Below the pieces are notes generated by a model that was not told where the DNA came from, searched no databases, and saw only the letters and a program-made list of their open reading frames with translations. Shown piece after piece: positions 18,213 to 27,547 of a stretch of 64,000 nucleotides of DNA. The DNA lies in the IMG/VR virus record IMGVR_UViG_3300028610_002873; one strand, written 5' to 3'. Every line of letters begins with the position of its first letter. Positions within the stretch are counted from its first letter, which is position 1. Position numbers and translations under genes: made by a program. Source of the DNA: a virus.

Positions 18213-18518
18213 TTATAACGGTAATCCATCCCAAAAACCCTTTTTTAAAGTATCAGATTTTGATTTTTCTTCTTCATCAATTTTTAAAGCTTCTGCTTTA
18301 TTTACACATACCCCATTTCGACGAACTTTCCCTGGAGGGCATGGTCCATTAAGATGTGCAGATTTTTTTGTTCTACACATTGAATGAGCTACAGCTTGTG
18401 CTTGTTCAGGCGACATTCCTTCTCTAATTAAAATAGGAATACCACGCGCTACACAAGCTTGTTCTGATTCACCAGGTTTTCTTTCTACTTTATTAATATT
18501 TTTCATTTTACCTTTCAC
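18213..18518 (-). CDS. hypothetical protein, 101 aa, Cys-containing
   Basis: ORF in the gene chain. Confidence 0.45.
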   Translation of the reverse strand: MKGKMKNINKVERKPGESEQACVARGIPILIREGMSPEQAQAVAHSMCRTKKSAHLNGPCPPGKVRRNGVCVNKAEALKIDEEEKSKSDTLKKGFWDGLPL

Positions 18519-18519
18519 A

Positions 18520-19017
18520 TTATATTTTTACAGTTCTATTTATTTGTATTTTACCTGAATCACTTTCTCTTATTAAAAAAATACTGTTTTTTCCATCAAA
18601 CGATATCTCGTCATTGTTATTCAAAAAACCAAAAGTATTATCTACTCCGGTAACAAAACTATAATATAGTTTTCCTGTACCCAAAGAAATAACAGTACAT
18701 TTTAATTGATTTACAACTGCTTTTATTTCTAATTCAGATGTGGTAACTGTTTTTTTAATGGTAGTTAAATTATTTGATAATTTTTTATTATTCCATTCAG
18801 GTTTAGCTATTTGTGTTAAAATTTCATTATAAGTATATTTTATATAACCCTTCATAATATCTGGAAATTTTGTGTTAAATTTTAATATAGTTCTAGATCC
18901 ATCCGCAGTAAATCTTAAGGCATTACTATTATTTAACGAGGCGTTTATCATAGAATCTGTTATGTCTTCTTTATTTATAATAATATAAGTTTTTTGATTA
19001 CGGAACATCATTAACAA
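18520..19017 (-). CDS. hypothetical protein, 165 aa
   Basis: ORF in the gene chain; its start overlaps the upstream ORF by 20 nt. Confidence 0.45.
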   Translation of the reverse strand: MLMMFRNQKTYIIINKEDITDSMINASLNNSNALRFTADGSRTILKFNTKFPDIMKGYIKYTYNEILTQIAKPEWNNKKLSNNLTTIKKTVTTSELEIKAVVNQLKCTVISLGTGKLYYSFVTGVDNTFGFLNNNDEISFDGKNSIFLIRESDSGKIQINRTVKI

Positions 19018-20020
19018 TATCTCCTAATTCCATATTTATCATAGTGCCGTCATTTCCACCCTTATTGTCTGTTATTGTAGGAAATGTATCTCCATCACCC
19101 ATTCTCCACCAATGCAATAGGTTTGTAGAAGTTGCATCAGATAATAAATTTGTAGGGTTGCCGGTATTATACAGTCTAGTTATATCAGTGGAAGATAGAT
19201 TAATATTCCAAACAGCTACCTCATCCATAAGTCCTAATAAAAAACTGGAAGTAACTGCATTAGAGGTTATCGCAGCTAAATCAAATCTACTTATATTAAT
19301 AGCCCCAGGACTATATGTTTTAGTGGCGGAACTAGATGCATTATCAAATAATTCCCAACTAGAACCGTTTCTTACTAATACTAAAAAATGCCAAGTATTA
19401 TTTTCTGCATTTCCTTCGACTACCCCAGAATCTAAACCAGCATTATCTCTTATAAAAAATCCATAAAGATTGTTATCAGAGATTAATATTTGAATTCTAG
19501 GTTGCGTACTTGAATCATCACCACCACCAAACATAGTCCTAAAAGTACCAGTCAATCCATTACTTTTGACCCAAAAACCGATAGACATAGTAGTATCTGT
19601 TTCCAACCCCGGAATATCAGATATATTAACTCTTTCATCTATACCATCAAATATTAAACTTGAAGAACTTAGAAGTGAAGTAGGAGTAGCACTAATCTCA
19701 CTAGATAGAGCAGATTCTCCTCCTAAGCCTACTGAGGCTATTTTATAAAAATAAGTAGTGCCATTAATTAATCCGAGATGTTCAAAAGTTAATGCAGGAG
19801 CAAAAGCTTTAATTTTAGTATCAGCAGTAGTTACTCCTCCAGTAGTATTAAAATATATGTGATACCTTAATGCTCCAACAGTAATATTCCATTCTAAATC
19901 AATTTTAGAATTTCCAGATGTAGCTGTAAAACCTGTAGGAATTCCTAATGGAGAATCTGTGCTTCCTTTATCAAATTCCACGTCAGAATTAACAGGTAAA
20001 ATTATAGTGTTTCTTGACAT
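18998..20020 (-). CDS. FN3 plus LamG/concanavalin-like lectin domain protein, 340 aa (decoration or fibre candidate)
   Basis: FN3-like segment: PTGFTATSGNSKIDLEWNITVGALRYHIYFN...GTTYFYKIASV. LamG-like segment: LIFDGIDERVNISD...MSIGFWVKSNG...MDEVAVWNINLSSTDITRLYN. Confidence 0.6.
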   Translation of the reverse strand: MSRNTIILPVNSDVEFDKGSTDSPLGIPTGFTATSGNSKIDLEWNITVGALRYHIYFNTTGGVTTADTKIKAFAPALTFEHLGLINGTTYFYKIASVGLGGESALSSEISATPTSLLSSSSLIFDGIDERVNISDIPGLETDTTMSIGFWVKSNGLTGTFRTMFGGGDDSSTQPRIQILISDNNLYGFFIRDNAGLDSGVVEGNAENNTWHFLVLVRNGSSWELFDNASSSATKTYSPGAINISRFDLAAITSNAVTSSFLLGLMDEVAVWNINLSSTDITRLYNTGNPTNLLSDATSTNLLHWWRMGDGDTFPTITDNKGGNDGTMINMELGDIVNDVP

Positions 20021-20021
20021 T

Positions 20022-20624
20022 TTACCACCTAAACAAAGTAAATAAAGTTCCAGATCCTAGAGTAACTGAGTTAGAAGTATAATCAAGTCTAATAAATTTA
20101 CATGAAATACCGATCATTTCCCATACTTGAGAATCGGGGCTATCTATTAGAATTATACCTCCTTTCTGTCCTCCTAGATTATTCCAATTAGTTCCATCGT
20201 CTGAACCTTGTAATATAGCTCTAGCATTAAAAGCATTTAAACCAGTCCAAAGAAGTTGTATACTACCTCCAAATTTAAAATTAGATATATTTAAAGCAGC
20301 GGTAGTAAAATTTGAAGTTAAATCAAGAATTGTGGAAGTTTCAGAAACAGAAATTATATCTTTAGTTTTCAACTGACCGTTTAAAATATCGACTAAACCA
20401 AAAAGCGAATTATGTAAATTACCTCCTGCTTTAAAGTTGTCTTCGAAATCTACCTGATGAACATTTCTTGGTATATTCTTTTTAACTGTGTGCTCAAATG
20501 TTATATCACCCTTTCTAGCCATTAAAAAATAGTGATCCCCATTTTCAACAAATTGAATAGATACATTAAAGGTTGTAATTAATAGTTTAAATTCTGGCCA
20601 AGTATTTGTTATTAGTTGTTCCAT
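20022..20624 (-). CDS. hypothetical beta-rich virion protein, 200 aa
   Basis: ORF in the gene chain. Confidence 0.45.
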   Translation of the reverse strand: MEQLITNTWPEFKLLITTFNVSIQFVENGDHYFLMARKGDITFEHTVKKNIPRNVHQVDFEDNFKAGGNLHNSLFGLVDILNGQLKTKDIISVSETSTILDLTSNFTTAALNISNFKFGGSIQLLWTGLNAFNARAILQGSDDGTNWNNLGGQKGGIILIDSPDSQVWEMIGISCKFIRLDYTSNSVTLGSGTLFTLFRW

Positions 20625-20626
20625 AA

Positions 20627-21397
20627 TTAATTGTCCAATAAAATAAGATCATAACCAGACACTAATGAAAGTGATCCAGTTGCTGCTTGCCCAAAAATTT
20701 TGATATCTGATTTTTCAGTTAATATTAATGGGATTTTAAACTGATGGTCCACATGACCAGCAGATGCACTAATACGTATTTTTGTTTGAAACACTTGCCC
20801 AAAAGGTTTAATTTTTAAACTAATTCTAGGTGCCCTATTTGACTCACCCGAACCAAGCCACACCCTAATTAAAAGACCTGTTTTATTACTTGGAATGGTA
20901 AACATTGTCATCAGAGACTCGTTATCACTCGGATTTATCGCCGCAAGAGCATCTCCATTAGATTGATTTCTTGCAATGATTGTTCCATCATTTTCTCCAA
21001 GAATGCCTGCGCTGCGAATGATCATTAAAAATATACTGCGATATTGATTAGTAGTGTTTACTGTAGTTAATCCATTAAGATTTACAATTTCATTTTGAAA
21101 ATTAAAAAGATCATCAAGACCAAATACTTCCATGGTATTCGCGCCTGTTCCAAGTAAAGTATCGTTCACACTAGTACTATCTATATTTAATATAACAGCA
21201 GCAGTTGGAGATGGATATATAGATACATTGTCAGGATTATTCCAAATATCTTCTCCAGAAACAGGAACGGATAAATTTTCTCCTGCCTGTATAATTGCTG
21301 TAGCACCTGGAATAAATCCTCTTTGTACAGCTATGAAAAAATCATCAGATATAGTTCTTTTTTTATTAAAACCTGACATTATAGTCTCCAGGCCCAC
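20627..21397 (-). CDS. hypothetical beta-rich virion protein, 256 aa
   Basis: ORF in the gene chain. Confidence 0.45.
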   Translation of the reverse strand: MGLETIMSGFNKKRTISDDFFIAVQRGFIPGATAIIQAGENLSVPVSGEDIWNNPDNVSIYPSPTAAVILNIDSTSVNDTLLGTGANTMEVFGLDDLFNFQNEIVNLNGLTTVNTTNQYRSIFLMIIRSAGILGENDGTIIARNQSNGDALAAINPSDNESLMTMFTIPSNKTGLLIRVWLGSGESNRAPRISLKIKPFGQVFQTKIRISASAGHVDHQFKIPLILTEKSDIKIFGQAATGSLSLVSGYDLILLDN

Positions 21398-21660
21398 AAT
21401 CTAATATTTGCTGAAGCAGTTGCTCTAAACCAAATTTTTGATTCGCTTAGTCCATCAAATGTAATTGCACCGTCCTCATCAGTTAATATTCCATCAAGAT
21501 TAGGTCTACGAAAAGAAAAATCAATTGTTTGGTTTTTTGAATCATTTATGATTATAATTTTTGTTGCTAAAAACGGAAGTATGATTTGTGCTTCACTGGG
21601 AAAGCTAACGGCATTAATTGGTAATGATATAAAGAAGAAAGTTCGATTTGTTAAAGCCAA
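21379..21660 (-). CDS. small beta-rich protein, 93 aa, paralog of 21738..22028
   Basis: TTG start with GGGGAAAG 6 nt upstream. It shares the pattern DG-IT--DG--TF ... R-WA with the 96-aa ORF. Confidence 0.5.
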   Translation of the reverse strand: MALTNRTFFFISLPINAVSFPSEAQIILPFLATKIIIINDSKNQTIDFSFRRPNLDGILTDEDGAITFDGLSESKIWFRATASANIRLWAWRL

Positions 21661-21675
21661 TTTTTTCTTTCCCCA

Positions 21676-21768
21676 TTAATTATTTGCCCAAATTCTGACT
21701 AAAACATCAATTGTAAGCCTAAATTGCGACCAAAACATTAATTGTAAGCCCAAATTCTGACCAAAGTA
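21676..21768. repeat. three tandem 31-bp units; the third is the real 3' end of ORF 21738..22028
   Basis: Units 21676-21706, 21707-21737 and 21738-21768. On the minus strand they read VLVRIWANN*, VLVAI*AYN* and LVRIWAYN*. Confidence 0.8.
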
Positions 21769-22028
21769 TTTGTTCCACTAGGTTTTCTAACAGCAATTCG
21801 TCCTATATCTACATTTGTAAATGTAACCATTCCATCTGCAACAGTAATTAAACCGTCTTTTTTAGTCCCATCAGCCCCAGTAGTAGTAAATTCTAAACTT
21901 GCACCTTCTGTTTTAATTTTAAGATTCCGCATTGAATCTGTAAATTGAAAACTATTGTCTATGTAATTAATAGTTAAATTGCCTAATTCCACATAAAACA
22001 TTCCATTTCTATTTGCAAAAACTGTCAT
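21738..22028 (-). CDS. small beta-rich protein, 96 aa, paralog of 21379..21660
   Basis: See the paralog entry for 21379..21660. Confidence 0.5.
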   Translation of the reverse strand: MTVFANRNGMFYVELGNLTINYIDNSFQFTDSMRNLKIKTEGASLEFTTTGADGTKKDGLITVADGMVTFTNVDIGRIAVRKPSGTNTLVRIWAYN

Positions 22029-22029
22029 G

Positions 22030-22422
22030 TTAATCTCCTATTGCATCAATCGATTGGCCTGGAAACATTTGTTTACCGACTTTTCTTAAATCAATTCTTG
22101 CTGAAATTGGTGGAGGTGGGTTGTCATAAGTATAAACCATGATTTCTAATTTAATATAATCTGCGTGACAAATAAGTTTTTCTCCCACTTTTCTTTTAAC
22201 CCCGTTTTTTTCGTTATAAACTAATTCAGCATAAAATCTAACTAGATTAAACTTTTTTGGAAATGGTAATGTATGAAACTTCCCATTATGTAAAATCCCA
22301 ATTCCCGAAATCCTATTTTGAAAATCTGTTACGGATGACCATTCTAACCATTGCTTTTGATCTTCTTCTCGATTTAAATCAAAAGCTAAAGTTTGACCAT
22401 CACGTAAATTGACCTTTATCAT
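22030..22422 (-). CDS. hypothetical protein, 130 aa
   Basis: ORF in the gene chain. Confidence 0.45.
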   Translation of the reverse strand: MIKVNLRDGQTLAFDLNREEDQKQWLEWSSVTDFQNRISGIGILHNGKFHTLPFPKKFNLVRFYAELVYNEKNGVKRKVGEKLICHADYIKLEIMVYTYDNPPPPISARIDLRKVGKQMFPGQSIDAIGD

Positions 22423-22470
22423 TCGAACATTCCTTTTGTGCTAGGGCCAATTAAGGGATGCTAAAAACTT

Positions 22471-22794
22471 TTACCTCCGCTTATGCTTTGGTGCCTTTAA
22501 TTCCTTCTTTTGTTTTTTCTTCGATTCCTCTTTATCATCGGATTTCTTTGCAGGAGCCTCGGCACCAGCAGGTTTTGCTGGTGCTTTGGCTTTAGCTTCT
22601 TCAACTCTTTCTGCAACGACCTTGATTCGGGCTTTTGGATAAGCCATTTTAATGTAAGCCAACTCACCTTCAGTAACTGTGATTGGTTTACGCGGCATTA
22701 AATGGATTGAACCCTTACATGAGCGTTTGCAGTCCTTTGGAAACCCTTCGACATAAAGAGGGGAATAATCGTAATACATAATTAGTTTTTTCAT
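22471..22794 (-). CDS. small protein with polybasic Lys/Ala-rich C-terminal tail, 107 aa
   Basis: C-terminus AKAKAPAKPAGAEAPAKKSDDKEESKKKQKKELKAPKHKRR. Confidence 0.5.
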   Translation of the reverse strand: MKKLIMYYDYSPLYVEGFPKDCKRSCKGSIHLMPRKPITVTEGELAYIKMAYPKARIKVVAERVEEAKAKAPAKPAGAEAPAKKSDDKEESKKKQKKELKAPKHKRR

Positions 22795-22818
22795 ATTATT
22801 TAACCCCCTTTTTCATTT

Positions 22819-23094
22819 TTACGCCTTAGATTTTTTTCTTTTCTTCTTTTTTGATCCTAAAACTTTACGCTTTTTTAATTTCTTAGGTTTAGAAGATGCC
22901 ATTTCTGTTTTAAGCAAAGCGACATGAAAATGTCCATTTGCTTTATATTCAGCCACTACATCTTCACCTTTGATAATTCGTGGGACATCTCTGACCCATC
23001 TCATTTTTCCAAGTGTATAAGTTTTTGGACCTTTTAAAACGACTCTTGCAGTTACCATTTGTGCTCCTTTCATTGCCAAATATGGGCTACTCAA
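22819..23094 (-). CDS. small protein with polybasic C-terminal tail, 91 aa
   Basis: C-terminus SSKPKKLKKRKVLGSKKKKRKKSKA. It lies directly after the capsid gene. Confidence 0.5.
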   Translation of the reverse strand: MSSPYLAMKGAQMVTARVVLKGPKTYTLGKMRWVRDVPRIIKGEDVVAEYKANGHFHVALLKTEMASSKPKKLKKRKVLGSKKKKRKKSKA

Positions 23095-23106
23095 CTATTT
23101 ATCTAA

Positions 23107-24321
23107 TTAGGCTAATCCAATGTTAATGCCAAGAACAACAGCGTCAGTTTCTTCAATCTGACTTGCTACTCTTGCTGTCATAGCAAACTCTGTAACCGAA
23201 CCAAAGATGTTTCGATCACGTTCCAACCGAATGTCACGACCAATTCCAAGTATCATATTCCTGAATTCAGTCAACCACATTTGGCTTTCAGCTAGATAAC
23301 TTAATTTCACATCACTAGGATCAGAAATCGCTCCTGAACCTGGATGAGTAATAGTTCCAGCTGCGTTATCAATCGTGTAATCGGTAGGATTCACAAAAGG
23401 AGTAACAGGAACCTTCGGATTTGCATTGATAGTTTGCAAAACAAGAATGTCACTACCAGCAACAATATTCTTATTTTTCAATGCAACTGGACTTACACCA
23501 GTTCCCAAAGAAAATTCTTCGGTAATCAAAGGCGTCTGAGGAAGTAGAGCCAATGGCACCAATTCAATTCCAAATGGGCGAAGATTTACTTCACTTGTTG
23601 CAGCTGTATCACCAAGACCAGTTGCGCGTGAAGCCAGGTTATTCCTGAAAAGTTGTTCGGTGGTATCCGAAATGAAAAATTTCAGGTTACGCTTGTTACG
23701 TTTGAACTTGCTAGGCATTTCAACAATCATGTCACTGAAAATCTGATGCTTAATATTTTCGCCATCATTATCAACGATATGACTTAATCCAGCTAGTTTC
23801 ATCCAACCATCTTGCAATTTAAGATAAGTATCAACGATCACTTCCGTAGCTGATCCGCCATCGACCAATTCACTTTCGAATTTAACTGCACCAAGTTTAT
23901 CACCTTGGATATACAATTCTTCAAGATCGTTCGAAAATTGAGTCGCCATCAATCTCATGATGGTATCTTCAACAGCTTCACCTTCTAAGTTTTCAGAAAG
24001 GAACTCATCTGAAATTTCCCATGGAACCATAATTTCTTCTGGTTGTAGGGTGACCTTACTGGTGTTGATTTTTCGTCGAACACCTGGATCAACAGCTTCT
24101 TTCTTAGGAACAGCAACTCTGGCTCCAACTCCAATTTTATCGATATCTAATTTATCATTTCGAAATCGAATAACTCGAACGCGACCTTGAAGACCAGTCA
24201 CATCAATAACAAAATCAATGAAACGATCTGCTTGTGCATCGTTCAATCTTCCTGCTGCTGCGATTTCCGCAGTTGTGATTACTGCTTTTTCCAGCAATTC
24301 TTTATTAGTTAGCTTACTCAT
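23107..24321 (-). CDS. major capsid protein (HK97-fold class), 404 aa
   Basis: Size and position after the scaffold gene fit. The N-terminus (LLEKAVITTAEIAAAGRLNDAQADRFIDFVIDVTGL) is typical of phage capsid family proteins. A strong RBS, AAAGGGGG, is present. Confidence 0.8.
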   Translation of the reverse strand: MSKLTNKELLEKAVITTAEIAAAGRLNDAQADRFIDFVIDVTGLQGRVRVIRFRNDKLDIDKIGVGARVAVPKKEAVDPGVRRKINTSKVTLQPEEIMVPWEISDEFLSENLEGEAVEDTIMRLMATQFSNDLEELYIQGDKLGAVKFESELVDGGSATEVIVDTYLKLQDGWMKLAGLSHIVDNDGENIKHQIFSDMIVEMPSKFKRNKRNLKFFISDTTEQLFRNNLASRATGLGDTAATSEVNLRPFGIELVPLALLPQTPLITEEFSLGTGVSPVALKNKNIVAGSDILVLQTINANPKVPVTPFVNPTDYTIDNAAGTITHPGSGAISDPSDVKLSYLAESQMWLTEFRNMILGIGRDIRLERDRNIFGSVTEFAMTARVASQIEETDAVVLGINIGLA

Positions 24322-24341
24322 TTTTAACCCCCTTTAAGGTT

Positions 24342-24360
24342 TGTTATACAGTGTTATACA
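24342..24360. promoter_or_regulatory. perfect direct dyad TGTTATACA g TGTTATACA, 20 nt upstream of the capsid ATG
   Basis: Read directly from the sequence; intergenic. Confidence 0.55.
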
Positions 24361-24374
24361 AACAACTCAAATCA

Positions 24375-25667
24375 TTATTTAGTTCGACCTGATCCAGACT
24401 TACCACTATTCGCTGCATTTCTTTTTCGAATAGAAGTACGAATATTATCTAAATTAAGTAAATCTTTAAATACAGATTCAGTTTTAGTTGTTTGATTTTC
24501 ATCATTATCATCATCTTCGTCGTCGTCATCTTCGTCATCTATGGCTCCAGATGCACCTGCTGTAACTTCGAGATCATCAAATCGTTTTTTAAGTTTGTCA
24601 GAACTAGTTTTTACTTCAGTTTTGACAGATTCAACTGCTTCTTCAATAGATTCAACTGCTTCTTCCAGATTTTTTATCTGCTTCACAGTTTCATCCATAG
24701 ATTTTTTCATTGAAGAACCTTTCTTTTTTTGGCCCATCACCGAAGCGATAAGACTTGAAAGAGATTCAGCAATTTGTCTCAAAGTAGCCAATCTTTGAGA
24801 TGAAATTTTAGCACCTGCTTTTTCGACTTGATTTTCATCATCAGAATCTTCGTCAGAATCTTCATCTTCATCAGAATCTTCATCAGATACTTCCGATTTT
24901 ACAGCCTTGATACGGTCTAGAAGTTCAGCATACCCAGTTTCAGTTTCATCAGACTTGTTTTTGTCTGCGACCTGTTCAACTTGGTTTGAACTAGCTAACA
25001 TAGTAACTTGCTCTAAAGCTGCCATGTTTAACGCGACGACTTCATTAAGAGCACTCGCACTGCTCTCATGTAACGTTAACGACTGCTCTAACAAGCCTTT
25101 CAATTCACCTATATTCTTTTCTAACGCTTTAATACGTTTTTCTAAATTCATATTAATTTTTCCTTTTTCTTGATCATCAGAATCTTCATCTTCATCAGAA
25201 TCTTCATCAGTTTCTTCGTCTGAATCAACTTCATCTGTCTTTTCAAACTTTTCAGGATGTTCTGATTTGAATTTTTCAAAATCAAAATTACCATCCATAC
25301 AAGCGCCAGCAATATCATGTTCCATTGCACATGAGAAACAAACAGAACAAAGAAGTCCGATCTTAGGTTCGCTTCCACCTACTTGTTTACAGAAAACGCA
25401 AGTGCCTTCATCTGAATCAGATTTTTTTACTTTTTTAATCCAATTCCCACCTTTTACTGCTGCATCTTTATAAAGTTCTTGCAAAGATTGCGCTATATTT
25501 TTAAAATTTTTCGCATTGGCGTTTTTAAATAAATAAAATGATTCACCAATTGCTGGTTTATCGACACTTGAAACCTCATGCACTTCAAGATCAACAATTC
25601 GTTTCTTCCCATTTGATTTAATTTTCTTTTTTCTTTTTTTCATTATGAAGCCCTCTTTATTTCCCAT
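24375..25667 (-). CDS. scaffolding protein candidate: acidic repeats, coiled coil and Cys cluster, 430 aa
   Basis: Lies between the protease and capsid genes. Features are DSDEDEDSDEDSDD-type runs, heptad-like segments and the cluster CVFCKQ...CSVCFSC. Confidence 0.6.
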   Translation of the reverse strand: MGNKEGFIMKKRKKKIKSNGKKRIVDLEVHEVSSVDKPAIGESFYLFKNANAKNFKNIAQSLQELYKDAAVKGGNWIKKVKKSDSDEGTCVFCKQVGGSEPKIGLLCSVCFSCAMEHDIAGACMDGNFDFEKFKSEHPEKFEKTDEVDSDEETDEDSDEDEDSDDQEKGKINMNLEKRIKALEKNIGELKGLLEQSLTLHESSASALNEVVALNMAALEQVTMLASSNQVEQVADKNKSDETETGYAELLDRIKAVKSEVSDEDSDEDEDSDEDSDDENQVEKAGAKISSQRLATLRQIAESLSSLIASVMGQKKKGSSMKKSMDETVKQIKNLEEAVESIEEAVESVKTEVKTSSDKLKKRFDDLEVTAGASGAIDDEDDDDEDDDNDENQTTKTESVFKDLLNLDNIRTSIRKRNAANSGKSGSGRTK

Positions 25668-27436
25668 TTCATATTAGAATTGGGAGTAAATTCAATACAT
25701 TTGGTTTTTTGTCCTTCTTCAATAAGTCTAGCACGACCACCGATACTAAACCCAGTAATTTTTCCAGTTTTGATTAAAATCCATACTTCATCATCAAAAA
25801 CTTTAACAGTCATTACCCACGTTCCTTTAACAATCTTTCGACCATTAATCTCAAAATTGACAGGAGCCATATAACTTTCGACAACAGCAATTTTTCGACT
25901 AAAGTCAACATGCATAAATCCTCGATCTGCTTTGTCATCTAATCCGATAGAATTTAAAAATTCTGGGTCATTTTGAAATGTAAGCTTAATCATGTAATTA
26001 TGTCCAGCATTTTCAATTTCTTCTGCACTTACAATTTCATCTTGAAGATCAATACTTTCAGGAATTAAAACTGGCCCCATTACAAGTCTTTTTTCTTCAT
26101 CTTGTTTTACAATATCATATTTTAACGATTTAAATTTTGTTCCTTTTCGAAGTTCTAATTGTTTCAAAAATTCATTAAATGATAAATGTAATGGCCAAAC
26201 AATATCACTATCTAATTTTTTAACCCCTGCTTTTAATCGACCAAAAACACCTTTAATGCCGGATGTTAATTCTTTAGTTCGAAAAGAATCTCTTTTAAAA
26301 TCATTTGGTTTACGTTGGCGTAAACGAAAGAAATTTTCTGTTTCATCTACTTTACTTGATTTAAAATCATGATCTTTAGCCCATGATACTGCTTGAGATC
26401 TTGAAAATTTCTTTTTATCAAAAAGCAAAGTTTGAATAACTAACGATTCTTGTTTTTCTAAATAGGTTTGTTTTAATGCAATAATTCTTTTTTTCATATC
26501 TAACATAGATTCAGATTCCTTTGCTTCATTGTCTTCAAATGAATCAAGTGTGTCAGTTCTAGTTTCTGTCTGATTTTCATTTTGGACAGCATTTTCTGTT
26601 AATGAATCCGCTGCACTTGCATCTAAACTTTCTGCTACTTGTAATTCTTCTTTCAGGAAGCCTACTACTGCTTCGACTCCTTCAGTTAGTCGAACTCGAA
26701 TCAATGTAGCTTCCTGAAACTTATCATTTGATAATACCATAAAAGTGAAGGCATCATCTCTTTCTTCGGATGCCCGTACATTTAAACCATGATCCATTAC
26801 AAATCGTCTTGCTTGCCCTATATCAACAAATCGTTGACGCGAAAGAACAAGTGATTGAATTCGTAATCCATCTCCTAAACGACTCAAATTTTTTATTAAT
26901 GCTTTAAGACATGCTTCTTTAAGCACCGCATTAAAATTTGGACTATTTAATCGTTTAATCAACGCAAAATCCATTTCAACAGGATAATTTTTATCCCTTT
27001 TAATTTTATAATCTTTAAGCCCTGGCTTATTTTTTACAGAATTTTGAACTTCAGAAATTAAATCGCCTGGAAGAAGTGATACGAATTTCTGTTCATTAAT
27101 ATCCAAAATATGAGTATGAAGTCCAGATAATGTTGTGTTCTCTACTTGTAATTCATGTGGGTGTGGTGTGCCTGAATCAGTTTCAATAACCTGTATTCCT
27201 TCTTGAGTACGAATAGAGATTCTATGTATATGTTTAGGCTGTGATTCAGCACCTACTTCACTTTCTTTTGCATTAATTGGATGCCAGTGTTCTCCATCCA
27301 ATTCAGTCATAATTAATCTATCTTGAACAAAAAATAAATGTTTGTGAATTCCATCTTTGAGAGTTTTTGTAGGCGACTCAAGTCTGTGAAGATGAGCACC
27401 ACCTTCACCGATAACTTTTATTTTTTTATTACCCAT
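25643..27436 (-). CDS. prohead protease candidate, XkdF-like (Peptidase_S78_2-type) C-terminal domain with long N-terminal extension, 597 aa
   Basis: C-terminus VMGPVLIPESIDLQDEIVSAEEIENAGHNYM...GFMHVDF...VVESYMAP...GTWVMTVKVFDDEVWILIKTGKITGFSIGGRA matches the XkdF family pattern. The N-terminus carries six HxH motifs. Confidence 0.75.
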   Translation of the reverse strand: MGNKKIKVIGEGGAHLHRLESPTKTLKDGIHKHLFFVQDRLIMTELDGEHWHPINAKESEVGAESQPKHIHRISIRTQEGIQVIETDSGTPHPHELQVENTTLSGLHTHILDINEQKFVSLLPGDLISEVQNSVKNKPGLKDYKIKRDKNYPVEMDFALIKRLNSPNFNAVLKEACLKALIKNLSRLGDGLRIQSLVLSRQRFVDIGQARRFVMDHGLNVRASEERDDAFTFMVLSNDKFQEATLIRVRLTEGVEAVVGFLKEELQVAESLDASAADSLTENAVQNENQTETRTDTLDSFEDNEAKESESMLDMKKRIIALKQTYLEKQESLVIQTLLFDKKKFSRSQAVSWAKDHDFKSSKVDETENFFRLRQRKPNDFKRDSFRTKELTSGIKGVFGRLKAGVKKLDSDIVWPLHLSFNEFLKQLELRKGTKFKSLKYDIVKQDEEKRLVMGPVLIPESIDLQDEIVSAEEIENAGHNYMIKLTFQNDPEFLNSIGLDDKADRGFMHVDFSRKIAVVESYMAPVNFEINGRKIVKGTWVMTVKVFDDEVWILIKTGKITGFSIGGRARLIEEGQKTKCIEFTPNSNMKWEIKRAS

Positions 27437-27445
27437 ATGTTTTCC

Positions 27446-27464
27446 TGTTATACATTGTTATACA
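27446..27464. promoter_or_regulatory. perfect direct dyad TGTTATACA t TGTTATACA, 9 nt upstream of the protease ATG
   Basis: Read directly from the sequence. Confidence 0.55.
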
Positions 27465-27547
27465 GACTACTTAAAAAATATCAAACCTTTTAATTTTTTG
27501 AAAGCTTTAAAATATAATCCCCTAATTAATATAATAGCAAATAAATA

